Positions 25,239-35,404 of a stretch of DNA of 64,000 nucleotides are shown in pieces. Every line of letters starts with the position of its first letter. The stretch's first letter is position 1. The translations under genes and the position numbers were made by a program. This stretch comes from Vulcanimicrobiota bacterium (GTDB taxonomy: Bacteria > Vulcanimicrobiota > Vulcanimicrobiia > Vulcanimicrobiales > Vulcanimicrobiaceae): NCBI GenBank assembly GCA_963786105.1, contig CAWAXX010000002.1, positions 1 to 64,000 of the forward strand, given 5' to 3'. A model generated the notes under the pieces. It searched no databases. It was not told the DNA's origin and worked only from the letters and a program-made list of their open reading frames with translations.

Positions 25239-27980
25239 CTAGACTCTTTTCTCGACGGCAGCCGCCGCCGGGCTGGATGGCTGAGGTTCGTTTATCGCTG
25301 CGGCGTGTTCCAGCGCCTGCTCGTCGCTCAAGGAAGCACCGACGCTCAGACGACGCGTGAGTTCCGCCTCAACGAACGTCGCCGAGAGAAGCCGCATCAG
25401 CCGCTCGTAGCCGATGCGTTCGGTTTTTTGGCGGACGTCGGCGCCGGCATAGCGTGCTTCGGTAAAGCCGACGAGAATCGCCGCTCGCTCGTGATCGCCG
25501 AGGAGTTCGCCGAGGAGCGCGTGATGTTCCAGGGCCGTGTTCATCCATCGTGCGCCGGTTTGTTTGAGGAGCGTCAGCGCCTCTCGGAGGAGTTCGCGAG
25601 CTTCAGGGAGCTCATCGACGGCCATGGCGTAGGCCGCGAGATTGCAGACGGCGAGCCCGAGCGGCGCGGCATTGAGACGGTCGAGGGTTTCTCTCGCTTG
25701 GCGTGCGGCCGTCCGGGCCGCCTCGACGTTTCCGACCGCAAACTCGAGTTCACCGATATTGAGCAGCGCGCTCGCGTGCGCTTCACTTCCCGGTCGCTCG
25801 CGTTCCGCGACTTCGACAAAACGCCGCCGCGCCGTCTCGACGTCGCCACGTTGTAGGTTGGTGACCGCCCAGTTGCGCAGCAGCGCGTTGAGCGTAATGG
25901 GTGAAAGCGCCGGCGCCGCCGCGTAGGCTTCTTCGAAAAGCCGCTCGGCCTCGTCGAATCGTCCGGCGTCGCGATAAACGCTGCCGAGAATGGCCAGCGC
26001 GTGCGCGGTCTCGTTGGGATCGGCGCAGGAACGCGCGACGGCGAGTCCGTTGTTTGCGCGTTTCTCGCGTTCGGCCGTCGCGCGGCCGACCAGCCACTCC
26101 AGCCGAACGTGGTGGCGAAGCACGCGCGCCCGCGTGATTTCGTCCACCGCCGCATCGAGAGGGCCCTCGGCGGCATCGAACCACTGCACGGATTCTTGCG
26201 GCGTCGTCAACAGCTCCGGCCATTCGAGCTGCGCGAGCAGACGTAATCCGGTGGCGGCATCGTTGCCGGCAAAGAGCGTCCAGTTCAAGGCCGCGCGAAT
26301 GTTGTCGAGTTCCGGTGCCAGCGCACGTTGCCACTGCACGTCCTCCAACGCATCCACGAACGGCGCGAGATTTCCGGCCAAGCCGGCGAAATAGGCGGCG
26401 TGTTTGGTCGCGATGTCGGCGGCTTCGCCGGCCGCTGCCATGCGTTCGCGGCTATATTCCCGAATCGAGTTCAATAAGTGGTAGCGGCGGTCGTCACCGC
26501 TCGGCTCCGTGACGACTAAGGATTTCGATACGAGCGCGGAGAGCAGTTCGAAGACCTGCCATTCGTCGATGGCGTCGTCGGAGCAAACGGCAGTGGCCGC
26601 TTGAAGCGTCCATCCGCCGGCAAAGACCGACAGCCGCCGAAAGACCTTGCGTTCGTCTTCGTCGAGCAGATCGAAGCTCCAATCGATCAACGCGCGCAGC
26701 GTCTGTTGGCGCGGGAGTCGGCCGCTGCTCTTTTGGGATAGCAGTCGAAATCGCTCGTTCAATTTTTCCGAAAGCTGCTTGGCGCTGAGAACCGCCGTTC
26801 GCGAGGCGGCCAGCTCGATGGCGAGCGGAATCCCGTCGAGCCGGTCGCAGATCTCGGCGACCGTCGCCGCGCTCTCGCCGGTGAGCGCAAAGCGCTCGTC
26901 GACGCTGCGCGCACGCTCGGTGAACAGCGCCACCGCAGCCGCTACCTCGAGCGACGGCAATCGGTAGGTTTGCTCGCCGGAGATGTCGAGGCTTTGCCGG
27001 CTCGACGCCAAGATCTTGACGTTCGGACACGCTTCCAAAATGGCAAGAATAACCCCCGCGACGGGCTCCGCCAAGTGCTCGCAGTTGTCGAAAATCAGCA
27101 ACGTCTTCTTCGATTTGAGCGCACGAACGAGTTCGTCGACCGGATCGTCGCCGGCGGCGAGCGAGAAACCGGCGGCGTGCGCGACCGTCGACGGAATGTG
27201 ATCGCCGTTCGACAGCGGTGCAAGATCGACGAACCAGACGCCTTCGCCGAAGTCGTGGAGAAGACTGGCCGCGACTTGCAGCGCTGTGCGCGTCTTGCCG
27301 ACGCCGCCCGATCCGATCAGCGTGACGAGGCGGTTGTCGCGAACGAGCGCCGTAATTTCCGCTATCTCGCGTTCGCGTCCGACGAACGAAGTCAGCTGGA
27401 CCGGCAAATTGGTTGCGTGCGTACCCAACGAGCGCAGCGGCGGAAACTCGGACGGCAGGCCGGGTGCCTCGAGTTGGTAGACGTGCTCGCGCGCCGTGAG
27501 GTCTTTGAGCCGGTGCCGGCCGAGATCGCGCAGCGCCGTCTGTGCCGGCAGGTCGGCTCGCGCGAGGGCAGCGGCCACGCCGGAAATGAGAACTTGGCCG
27601 CCGTGGCCGATGGCCAGCAGGCGGGCGACGCGGTTGACGGCCGGTCCGAAATAGTCGCCGTTTCGCTCGTCGGCGGTTCCGGAATGGACGGCGGCGCGTA
27701 TGCGCAACCCGTCGACGGCCGAAAAATCCTCGGCAGCGAGCGAACGCTGCGCGTCGAGCATCGCCGCGACCGCATCGGCCGGCTCTGAGAAGGCGGCGCA
27801 AAACGAATCGCCGGCGGCTTTGAACGCGTAACCTTGGTGGCGAACGATCGCCTCGCGAACCAGCGCATCGTGACGGCGGACCGCGGCTTCCATAGCCGAG
27901 CGGTCGCGTTCCCAGCGCTCCGTGCTGCCTTCGATGTCGGTGAAGGCAAAGGTAACGGTGCCGGTTGGTATGTCGGACAC
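25239..27980 (-). CDS. Class III nucleotide cyclase-STAND (NB-ARC-like) ATPase-TPR protein
   Basis: FTDIEGST, GD, DYFG..VNR..RL; NLP..LTSFVGR, GSGGVGKT, FDNCEH, LDGIPLAIELAA. AAGGA SD before GTG 27980. Confidence 0.9.
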   Translation of the reverse strand: MSDIPTGTVTFAFTDIEGSTERWERDRSAMEAAVRRHDALVREAIVRHQGYAFKAAGDSFCAAFSEPADAVAAMLDAQRSLAAEDFSAVDGLRIRAAVHSGTADERNGDYFGPAVNRVARLLAIGHGGQVLISGVAAALARADLPAQTALRDLGRHRLKDLTAREHVYQLEAPGLPSEFPPLRSLGTHATNLPVQLTSFVGREREIAEITALVRDNRLVTLIGSGGVGKTRTALQVAASLLHDFGEGVWFVDLAPLSNGDHIPSTVAHAAGFSLAAGDDPVDELVRALKSKKTLLIFDNCEHLAEPVAGVILAILEACPNVKILASSRQSLDISGEQTYRLPSLEVAAAVALFTERARSVDERFALTGESAATVAEICDRLDGIPLAIELAASRTAVLSAKQLSEKLNERFRLLSQKSSGRLPRQQTLRALIDWSFDLLDEDERKVFRRLSVFAGGWTLQAATAVCSDDAIDEWQVFELLSALVSKSLVVTEPSGDDRRYHLLNSIREYSRERMAAAGEAADIATKHAAYFAGLAGNLAPFVDALEDVQWQRALAPELDNIRAALNWTLFAGNDAATGLRLLAQLEWPELLTTPQESVQWFDAAEGPLDAAVDEITRARVLRHHVRLEWLVGRATAEREKRANNGLAVARSCADPNETAHALAILGSVYRDAGRFDEAERLFEEAYAAAPALSPITLNALLRNWAVTNLQRGDVETARRRFVEVAERERPGSEAHASALLNIGELEFAVGNVEAARTAARQARETLDRLNAAPLGLAVCNLAAYAMAVDELPEARELLREALTLLKQTGARWMNTALEHHALLGELLGDHERAAILVGFTEARYAGADVRQKTERIGYERLMRLLSATFVEAELTRRLSVGASLSDEQALEHAAAINEPQPSSPAAAAVEKRV

Positions 27981-28104
27981 GTTGCGTCCTTCGCCGCGAA
28001 TACTGGGCCAACCGTTAGCCATCGCCTCAGTGCGGGAGTTTCCGTAGCGGAGGCCAAGTCTCTGGGTCCACGTGACCGTTCGCGTACGTGGTTAGGAGGA
28101 GCGG

Positions 28105-28989
28105 ATGTTTCCGGCCCCGTTCGACTACTACCGGGCGCGCTCGGTCGACGACGCAGTCCAAGCGCTCGCGCGCTTTGGCGACGACGCGCGTATCCTTGCC
28201 GGCGGCCAGAGCTTGATTCCAGCTATGCGGTTCAGACTCGCGCGTCCGTCGGTTTTGGTGGACATCAACGCGATCGGCGATCTGGCGTACGTCCGCGAAA
28301 GCGACGGGTATCTCGCGGTCGGCGCGGGGACGCGCGATTTTGCACTCGAGACGTCGCCGTTGATCGCGCAGCGGTATCCGCTGCTCGCGGATACGTCGGC
28401 GGTGGTCGCCGACCCGGTCGTTAGGCAGATGGGGACCGTCGTCGGCAGTCTCTGCCACAACGATCCGGCCGGCGATTGGCCGGTGACGGCGCTTGCGGCA
28501 CGCGCGCAAATTTCGGTGCGCGGCGCGGACGGCGTGACCCGGACGGTCGCCATCGACGACTTCGTCGTCGATTCGTTTACCACGGCGGTCGGCACCGGTG
28601 AGATGGCGGTCGAGGTGCGCTTTCCGACGCCCGGCCCGCGTACGTCGGGCTCGTATCAGAAAATCGAGCGCAAAGTCGGCGATTTCGCCACCGCCTCAGC
28701 GGCAGCGCGGTTGACCCTCGCCGCCGACGGCACGATCGCCGAGGCCGGCATCGCCGTCGGCGCGGTCGGTCCTAAAGCGATGCGCGTGACGGCCGCCGAG
28801 CAGCTCCTGTCTGGTGCCAAACCGAGCAAGGATCTCATCCGCGCGGCCATGCGCGAAGCCGAAAAGATCGCCGATCCGTCGCCCGACGGTCGCGGGTCGG
28901 CAGAGTACAAGAAAGCGATGGCCGGCGTGCTGGTCGGCCGTGCGATTACCAGCGCGCTCGAACGTTTAGGCGTAGGAGGCTTGAAATGA
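28105..28989 (+). CDS. coxM: Aerobic CO dehydrogenase medium (FAD) subunit
   Basis: [43 protein letters not shown]. Confidence 0.92.
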   Translation: MFPAPFDYYRARSVDDAVQALARFGDDARILAGGQSLIPAMRFRLARPSVLVDINAIGDLAYVRESDGYLAVGAGTRDFALETSPLIAQRYPLLADTSAVVADPVVRQMGTVVGSLCHNDPAGDWPVTALAARAQISVRGADGVTRTVAIDDFVVDSFTTAVGTGEMAVEVRFPTPGPRTSGSYQKIERKVGDFATASAAARLTLAADGTIAEAGIAVGAVGPKAMRVTAAEQLLSGAKPSKDLIRAAMREAEKIADPSPDGRGSAEYKKAMAGVLVGRAITSALERLGVGGLK

Positions 28990-29480
28990 AGGTCGCGGTG
29001 ACGGTCAACGGTGAGGCGTACGAGCGCGACGTCGAGCCGCGAATGCTGCTAGCCTATTTCCTGCGCGAAGAGCTGGGCCTCACGGGCACGCACGTCGGCT
29101 GCGACTCGTCGAGTTGCGGTTGCTGCGTGGTCGCGATGGACGGCGACCGCGCGGTCAAGTCGTGCACGATGTTCGCGGTGCAAGCTGACGGCCACGAGAT
29201 CACGACCGTCGAAGGATTGGAACGAGGCGGAACTTTGCATCCGCTGCAGCAAGCGTTTTGGGATCAGCATGGCTTGCAGTGCGGCTACTGCACGCCCGGT
29301 ATGTTGATGACGTCGTACGTTTTGCTCAAACATCAGCCGCAACCGGACGAAGCGGAGATTCGCGAAGCGATTGCGGGCAATCTTTGCCGCTGCACGGGGT
29401 ATCAGAACATCGTGAAAGCCGTGCAGCAGGCCTCCACCGAACTCGGGGCCAAACCGGCCGCCGCCGCCGTAGGGAGTTGA
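28986..29480 (+). CDS. coxS: CO dehydrogenase small [2Fe-2S] subunit
   Basis: [29 protein letters not shown]. Confidence 0.93.
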   Translation: MKVAVTVNGEAYERDVEPRMLLAYFLREELGLTGTHVGCDSSSCGCCVVAMDGDRAVKSCTMFAVQADGHEITTVEGLERGGTLHPLQQAFWDQHGLQCGYCTPGMLMTSYVLLKHQPQPDEAEIREAIAGNLCRCTGYQNIVKAVQQASTELGAKPAAAAVGS

Positions 29481-29482
29481 GC

Positions 29483-31846
29483 ATGGCCACGACGACCGAC
29501 GATCTGCCTGCGCGCCATTCCATCGGCCAGTCGATGAAGCGCAAGGAAGATCCGCGCTTCATCCGCGGGAAGGGTCGCTATCTCGACGACATCGTGCTTC
29601 CCCACATGTTGTATCTCGCGCTGGTGCACAGTCCGTATCCGCACGCGCGCATCAAGAGCATCGACAAGACCAAAGCGCTGGCCCTGCCCGGGGTCAAGGC
29701 GGTAATCACCGGCGAAGACCTCGACGCCGCCAAACTCGAATGGCTGCCGACCTTCCACGGCTACGACAAGCAGATGGTGCTGGCGTTCGGCAAGGCGCTC
29801 TATCAGTATCAGGAAGTCGCCGGCGTGGTGGCCACCTCGCGCGAGATCGCCAGCGACGGCGCCGAGCTGGTTGAGGTCGAGTACGAGCCGCTCGATCCGG
29901 TCGTGAATCCGTTCCAAGCGCGCGAAGACAAAATCATTCTGCGCGACGACCGCGAGAGTAAGACGAATCACATCTATCATTGGGAAGTCGGCGACAAGGC
30001 CAAAGCCGACGGCGCGCTCGATGGCTCGGCGGTGCGCATCAAGGAGCGCATCTTGTCGCCCCGTTGCCATCCCGCGCCGCTCGAGCCGTGCGGTGCAGTG
30101 GCCGACATGAATAAAGCCACCGGGCGTTTGACGGTGTACCTGACGTCGCAGGCGCCGCACGTTCACCGCACCGCGTTTTCGCTGGTGACCGGCATCCCCG
30201 AAGACAAGATTCACATCATCTCGCCCGATGTCGGGGGTGGCTTTGGAAACAAGGTTCCGGTGTATCCGGGGTACGTTGTCGCGACCGTGGCGTCGGTCAT
30301 CATCGGCGTTCCGGTCAAATGGGTCGAGACGCGCACCGAAAATCTCACCACGACGGGCTTCGCGCGCGACTACCACATGGACGTTGAAATCGGCGCGACC
30401 AAAGACGGCAAGGTTACCGCGCTCAAGGTGTCGACGGTGGCCGATCACGGGGCGTTCGACGCCGCCGCCGATCCGCGTAAGTATCCCGCCGGCATGTTCG
30501 GCATCGTGACCGGTTCGTACGACTTTCCAACGGCCTTTGCCGAAGTAGACGCCTACTTCACCAATAAAGCGCCGGGCGGGATCGCGTACCGGTGTTCGTT
30601 CCGAGTAACCGAAGCTTCGTTTGCGATCGAACGCGGCATGGATATCCTGGCGCGCAAGCTCGGCATGGATCCGGTCGAACTGCGCCGGCGGAACTTCATC
30701 AAGAAAGAGCAGTTCCCGTACCCTTCGCCACTCGGCTTCGTGTACGACAGCGGCGATTACGAAGCCACGACGCAAAAGGCACTCGACATCATCGGTTACG
30801 ACGAGCTGCGCAAGGAACAAGCCGAGAAACGCAAGCGCGGCGAGTTCATGGGCATCGGCGTGTCGACGTTCACCGAAATCGTCGGCGCCGGTCCCGGTAA
30901 GCACTTCGATATCTTGGGCATCAAGATGTTCGACAGCGCCGAGATCCGCATTCACCCGACCGGATCGGGAATCGTGCGCGCTGGAACGCGTCATCAAGGT
31001 CAAGGTCACGAAACGACCTGGGCGCAGATCGTTGCCGAAGAACTCGGACTCGATCCGCAAGAGCTGCTGGTAGAAGAAGGCGACACCGACACCGCACCCT
31101 ACGGGCTCGGAACGTACGCGAGCCGCAGCACGCCCGTCGCCGGCGGCGCGCTCGCGCTGGCCGCGCGGCGCATTCGCGAAAAAGCCAAGAAAATCGCCGC
31201 GCATCTCATGGAAGCGTCGGAAAACGACGTCGAGTGGAAGGACTACAAGTTCAACCTCAAAGGCGTGCCCGGCAAAACCGTGACGATGAAGGAAGTCGCG
31301 TTTGCCGCCTACACCAATCCACCGCCCGATAGCGAGCCCGGTCTCGAAGCGACCTATTATTACGATCCGCCGAATCTCACGTTCCCGAACGGAACGTACA
31401 TTGCGGTAGTCGACGTCGATCGCGATACCGGCGCAGTAAAGGTGCGACGGTTCTTGGCCGTCGACGACTGCGGCGTCATCATCAACCCGATGATCGTGGA
31501 AGGGCAGATTCACGGCGGCTTGACCGAGGGTTTTGCGATGGCCTTCATGCAAGAGATCGCGTTCGACGAAAGCGGAAACCACCTCAATACGAACTTCACC
31601 GACTACATGGTGCCGACCGCGCTAGAAACGCCGCACTGGGAGACGGCGCATACGGTCACGCCGAGTCCGCACCATCCGATCGGCGCCAAGGGCGTCGGCG
31701 AAAGTCCGAACGTCGGATCGCCGCAGGCGTTCGTCAACGCCGTGATGGACGCGTTGGCACCGCTGGGCATTACCCACATCGACATGCCCTTAACGCGTGA
31801 GAAGGTGTGGCGCGCGATCCGCGACGCGGAAGCGAAAGTCTCCTGA
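29483..31846 (+). CDS. coxL: Form I aerobic CO dehydrogenase large (Mo-Cu) subunit
   Basis: Active-site AYRCSFR at 30584-30604. RKEDPRF, GGGFGNK, QGQGHET, GTYASRS, GAKGVGES. Confidence 0.96.
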   Translation: MATTTDDLPARHSIGQSMKRKEDPRFIRGKGRYLDDIVLPHMLYLALVHSPYPHARIKSIDKTKALALPGVKAVITGEDLDAAKLEWLPTFHGYDKQMVLAFGKALYQYQEVAGVVATSREIASDGAELVEVEYEPLDPVVNPFQAREDKIILRDDRESKTNHIYHWEVGDKAKADGALDGSAVRIKERILSPRCHPAPLEPCGAVADMNKATGRLTVYLTSQAPHVHRTAFSLVTGIPEDKIHIISPDVGGGFGNKVPVYPGYVVATVASVIIGVPVKWVETRTENLTTTGFARDYHMDVEIGATKDGKVTALKVSTVADHGAFDAAADPRKYPAGMFGIVTGSYDFPTAFAEVDAYFTNKAPGGIAYRCSFRVTEASFAIERGMDILARKLGMDPVELRRRNFIKKEQFPYPSPLGFVYDSGDYEATTQKALDIIGYDELRKEQAEKRKRGEFMGIGVSTFTEIVGAGPGKHFDILGIKMFDSAEIRIHPTGSGIVRAGTRHQGQGHETTWAQIVAEELGLDPQELLVEEGDTDTAPYGLGTYASRSTPVAGGALALAARRIREKAKKIAAHLMEASENDVEWKDYKFNLKGVPGKTVTMKEVAFAAYTNPPPDSEPGLEATYYYDPPNLTFPNGTYIAVVDVDRDTGAVKVRRFLAVDDCGVIINPMIVEGQIHGGLTEGFAMAFMQEIAFDESGNHLNTNFTDYMVPTALETPHWETAHTVTPSPHHPIGAKGVGESPNVGSPQAFVNAVMDALAPLGITHIDMPLTREKVWRAIRDAEAKVS

Positions 31847-32299
31847 ATGGACCTCCAATGGAGCGGCCAGGAAACGATTCCGGCTAGTAAAGCAACGGTG
31901 TGGGAGTTCATCAACGATCCCGCCAACATCGCTGCGTGCCTTCCGGAAGTGCAAGAGACGACGATACGCGACGCGCACTCCTTCGACGCCGTCGTCGGCG
32001 CGAACGTGGGCCCGGTTCGTGGAAAGCTGAAGTTCAATGTCGTCCTAGAGCCAAACGCCGACGGCAGTCACATGGATATGAAGATTCACGGCGGAGGCTT
32101 GGGCAGCGTGGTCGATTTGGTCGCCGGGGCCGATCTGCTGGCGCAAGACGATGCCACGACCATCCTCAATTGGAAAGGCAGCGCCTCGATGCGCGGACCG
32201 GTGGCGACCGTAGGCGGCCGCGTGCTCGACGCGCAAGGCCGACGAGTTATCGAGACGACCTTCGGAAACGTGAAGAAGCGCCTGAGCGGCGGCGCGTAG
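31847..32299 (+). CDS. coxG: CoxG/SRPBCC-family protein
   Basis: VWEFINDP..IAACLP, VGPVRG, G.VA.VGGRVL. Lies directly after coxL. Confidence 0.85.
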   Translation: MDLQWSGQETIPASKATVWEFINDPANIAACLPEVQETTIRDAHSFDAVVGANVGPVRGKLKFNVVLEPNADGSHMDMKIHGGGLGSVVDLVAGADLLAQDDATTILNWKGSASMRGPVATVGGRVLDAQGRRVIETTFGNVKKRLSGGA

Positions 32300-32304
32300 C
32301 TTCG

Positions 32305-33297
32305 ATGAACGGCCCCGAATTTTTCGAGCGCGTCGCCGAGCTGGAACGCGCACGCGAAATTTTCGCGATCGCTACCGTCGTCGCGCGCCAAGCACCGGTG
32401 AGTTCTCACGTCGGCGATCGCGCGATCGTTTTAGGCGACGGACGAATGCAGGGCTTCGTCGGCGGTTCGTGCTCGCGCGACATCGTCCGGCGGCAAGCCG
32501 TCTCCGCGATGCGCACCGGCGACCCGCGCCTGGTGCAGATCCGCCCCGGCGCGCCGCCCGATGCCGACGAGAACTCCGAGCGAGGAACGGTCGTCGTTCT
32601 GATGAGTTGCGCGTCCGAAGGTGCCGTCGACGTATTCGTCGAGCCGCATCTTCCGGCGCGAACGCTGTTGATCGCCGGATTCACGCCGGTGGCCGACGCA
32701 CTCGCGGGTTTAGGCGCGTTGCTCGACGGCTATCGCGTCATCCGCGTCGTCGCCGAGAACGATCCGCGGGGAGAACGCGCCATCTCGCTTCGCGAGCTGC
32801 CCGATTTTCTCGCTGGACTCGATTCCACCGACCGCACGGCGCTGGTCGCGGTGGTCGCGTCGCAGGGGCATTACGACGAAGCGGTTCTCCAAGCGTTGCT
32901 CGACGGTGCGTTGCCGGCGTACGTTGGGCTGCTCGCCAGCCGCAGACGCGCGGCCGAGGTGTTCGGCATCCTCGAACGGCAAGGCGTTTCGCGCGAGCTC
33001 ATCGCGTTCGTGCGCAACCCCGCCGGACTCGATATCGGTGCGCGCCGTCCCGGCGACGTCGCCGTGTCGATTCTCGCGGAGATCGTCGTAACCGTCGCTG
33101 CGAGTGAAACGCGGCCGGTGAAAGCCGAGGAACTCGCCGAGTTAGCGGTGGACCCGGTCTGCGGTATGGACGTCGATCCGCGCGAAGCGGCACATTCTCT
33201 CGAAGGCGAAGGTAGTCACTGGTATTTTTGCTCCGCGCATTGCCGCGCTGAGTTCGCGGCCGACCCGCAGCGCTACGCGCAGCCGGTGCACGCATGA
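32305..33297 (+). CDS. XdhC/CoxF-family maturase with C-terminal YHS (TRASH) domain
   Basis: GFVGGSC, C.SEG, YVGLLASRRR, NPAGLDIG, followed by DPVCGMDV..YFCSAHC. Confidence 0.88.
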   Translation: MNGPEFFERVAELERAREIFAIATVVARQAPVSSHVGDRAIVLGDGRMQGFVGGSCSRDIVRRQAVSAMRTGDPRLVQIRPGAPPDADENSERGTVVVLMSCASEGAVDVFVEPHLPARTLLIAGFTPVADALAGLGALLDGYRVIRVVAENDPRGERAISLRELPDFLAGLDSTDRTALVAVVASQGHYDEAVLQALLDGALPAYVGLLASRRRAAEVFGILERQGVSRELIAFVRNPAGLDIGARRPGDVAVSILAEIVVTVAASETRPVKAEELAELAVDPVCGMDVDPREAAHSLEGEGSHWYFCSAHCRAEFAADPQRYAQPVHA

Positions 33298-34232
33298 ACG
33301 CCGCCCAAATTCGCGAGCGCTTTTCCGGCAGCGGCTACGTCGCGGACGAGGATTTCGCGACGTCGGTCGAACTGATGCTCGCGCTGCAAAAGCCGTTGCT
33401 TATCGAGGGACCGGCGGGCGTCGGCAAAACGGAAAGCGCGAAGGTACTCGCCGACGTGCTCGAGACCAAACTCATCCGCTTGCAGTGCTACGAAGGCCTC
33501 GACACCGCCAATGCGCTGTATGAGTGGAACTATCCTAAGCAGCTCTTGCACATCCGGTTGACCGAGAACCAGAACGCCTCGCTCGAGGACCGCGAGGCGC
33601 AGATCTTCAGCGCGCCGTTCTTGCTCGCGCGCCCGCTGCTCGAAGCAATCCTTCAAGAACGCGCGCCGGTGCTGTTGATCGACGAGATCGATCGCGCCGA
33701 CGAGGCGTTCGAAGCGTTTTTGCTCGAGCTCCTTGGCGAGTTCCAGGTAACGATTCCCGAGATCGGCACCATGCGCGCGAAAACGCGGCCGGCGGTCATC
33801 GTCACCTCGAACCGCACGCGCGACCTTTCCGACGCCTTGCGCCGCCGCTGCCTGTACCTGTGGATCGACTATCCGTCACTCGAACGGGAGATCGCCATTC
33901 TGCACGCGCGCTTGCCCGGTATCAACGAACGGCTGGCGCAGCAGATCGCGCGGTTCATGGAGTTCCTGCGCGCGCAGCCGTTTCAACGGGTGCCGGGAAC
34001 GGCCGAGAGCTTGGACTGGGCGCTCGCACTCGTGCGCCTGCACCGCGAAGCGCTCGACGAGCGAACCCTCGAAGAAACGACCGGCTGCATTCTCAAAGTG
34101 CAAGAGGATTGGGAGCTGCTGCGCGCATTGCGTCCGCAGTACGAACCGCTGCTGACGCACGATCCGCACGAACGCGCGCCGGCGCAAGCGCCGGAGGCCG
34201 ACTACGGTCTCGGCACGGTTCGAGTGAGGTAG
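33294..34232 (+). CDS. coxD: MoxR-type AAA+ ATPase, CODH maturation
   Basis: GPAGVGKT, LQCYEGLD, LLIDEIDRAD, TSNRTR.LSDALRRRC. Confidence 0.9.
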   Translation: MNAAQIRERFSGSGYVADEDFATSVELMLALQKPLLIEGPAGVGKTESAKVLADVLETKLIRLQCYEGLDTANALYEWNYPKQLLHIRLTENQNASLEDREAQIFSAPFLLARPLLEAILQERAPVLLIDEIDRADEAFEAFLLELLGEFQVTIPEIGTMRAKTRPAVIVTSNRTRDLSDALRRRCLYLWIDYPSLEREIAILHARLPGINERLAQQIARFMEFLRAQPFQRVPGTAESLDWALALVRLHREALDERTLEETTGCILKVQEDWELLRALRPQYEPLLTHDPHERAPAQAPEADYGLGTVRVR

Positions 34233-34234
34233 TG

Positions 34235-35404
34235 GTGCACGACGACCTGGCGTCGAACGTCGTCAAGTTTTGCTCGCGCTTACGTAGCGAGCACGGTTTC
34301 ATCGTCGGTCCGCGCGAAACCCGCGAAGCCGTGCGAGCGCTCGAAACGGTCGGGGTACGCGAACGCGCGCGAGTCGCGGCCGCGCTGCGCTCGGTCTGCT
34401 GCAGCCGGGCCGAAGAGATCGAGCTCTTCGATCGAGCCTTCGATGCGTATTTTTCGAGCGAAGCGCAGGGCGTGCCCCAGCCGGCACACGCGCAACGGCA
34501 AACGCGTCCGTCAAGCAGCCGGCGTCGCGAAGAACGCGAGGGCGTCGACGCGTCACGTCCGCGGCGGCGGCCGCCGCAAGACGATCTCGACGATGGCGGC
34601 GCACTCCGCACCACCGCGCACCCCGAGGGCGAGAGTCTCGCCGAAAGCTGGCGCGTCATGCAGGCGCGGTACAGTCCCGATCCAGGCGTCGTTCCCGAGC
34701 CCCCTTCGATACCGACCGAGGGACTCGACGCCGCGTTTGCCGAGGCGAACCGATTGGTGCGACGCCTGCACCTCGGGCGTTCGCTGCGCTGGAAGCCGCA
34801 GCCGCGCGGCGCGCGCTTCGACCTGCGGCGCACGCTGCGAGCGAGCTTGCGAACTGGCGGCGACGTCGTCGCGACGCGCATGCTCGGCCACCCGTTGCGC
34901 AATCCACGCTTCGTGGTGCTGCTCGACGGCAGCCGTTCGATGAGCGACCATGCCGGCCGGATGCTGCAGTTCGCGCACGCGCTGTGCCGGCGCACGCGAC
35001 GCGCGAGCGTTTTCGTGTTCAGCACGCAACTGCAGGACGTGACGCCCGAGCTGCGCGCGGCCGGCCGTAACGGATCGTATCGGCTGCTCGCCGAGCTCGG
35101 CGAGGCATGGGGCGGCGGAACGCGTATCGGTGCGAGCTTGAGCGAGTTCGTGCGCCGGTACGCTGCGCGACTGAGCGATCAGACGTTCGTGATCGTAATT
35201 AGCGATGGGTTGGACGTCGGCGACGTAGCGCCGCTGAAACGGGCGATGCACGAGATTGCGCGGCGTTCCGCATCGATTGCGTGGGTGAATCCGCACGCCG
35301 GCGAGCCGGGCTACGCGCCGACCGCCGGCGGCATGCAGGCGGCGCTGCCGTACGTGACGACCCTCTCATCGCTCGAAGACATGTCGGCGATCCTCCATGC
35401 GTGA
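34235..35404 (+). CDS. coxE: VWA-domain CODH accessory protein
   Basis: DLRRTLR, LLDGSRSM (MIDAS), FST, GGGTRIG, ISDG.D, W.NP. Start is 34232 or 34235. Confidence 0.88.
   Translation: MHDDLASNVVKFCSRLRSEHGFIVGPRETREAVRALETVGVRERARVAAALRSVCCSRAEEIELFDRAFDAYFSSEAQGVPQPAHAQRQTRPSSSRRREEREGVDASRPRRRPPQDDLDDGGALRTTAHPEGESLAESWRVMQARYSPDPGVVPEPPSIPTEGLDAAFAEANRLVRRLHLGRSLRWKPQPRGARFDLRRTLRASLRTGGDVVATRMLGHPLRNPRFVVLLDGSRSMSDHAGRMLQFAHALCRRTRRASVFVFSTQLQDVTPELRAAGRNGSYRLLAELGEAWGGGTRIGASLSEFVRRYAARLSDQTFVIVISDGLDVGDVAPLKRAMHEIARRSASIAWVNPHAGEPGYAPTAGGMQAALPYVTTLSSLEDMSAILHA

Noticed and set aside
28068..28092. CRP/FNR box upstream of coxM
   Set aside because: The CGTGA half-site has no matching TCAC half at N6 spacing.
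29402..31582. 726-aa antisense ORF over coxL (likewise 862-2034, 12350-13738, 40506-41807, 47441-48745, 53928-55148, and the same-strand 26494-28011)
   Set aside because: These are shadow ORFs expected from high-GC codon bias. They show no motifs and fully overlap well-supported genes.
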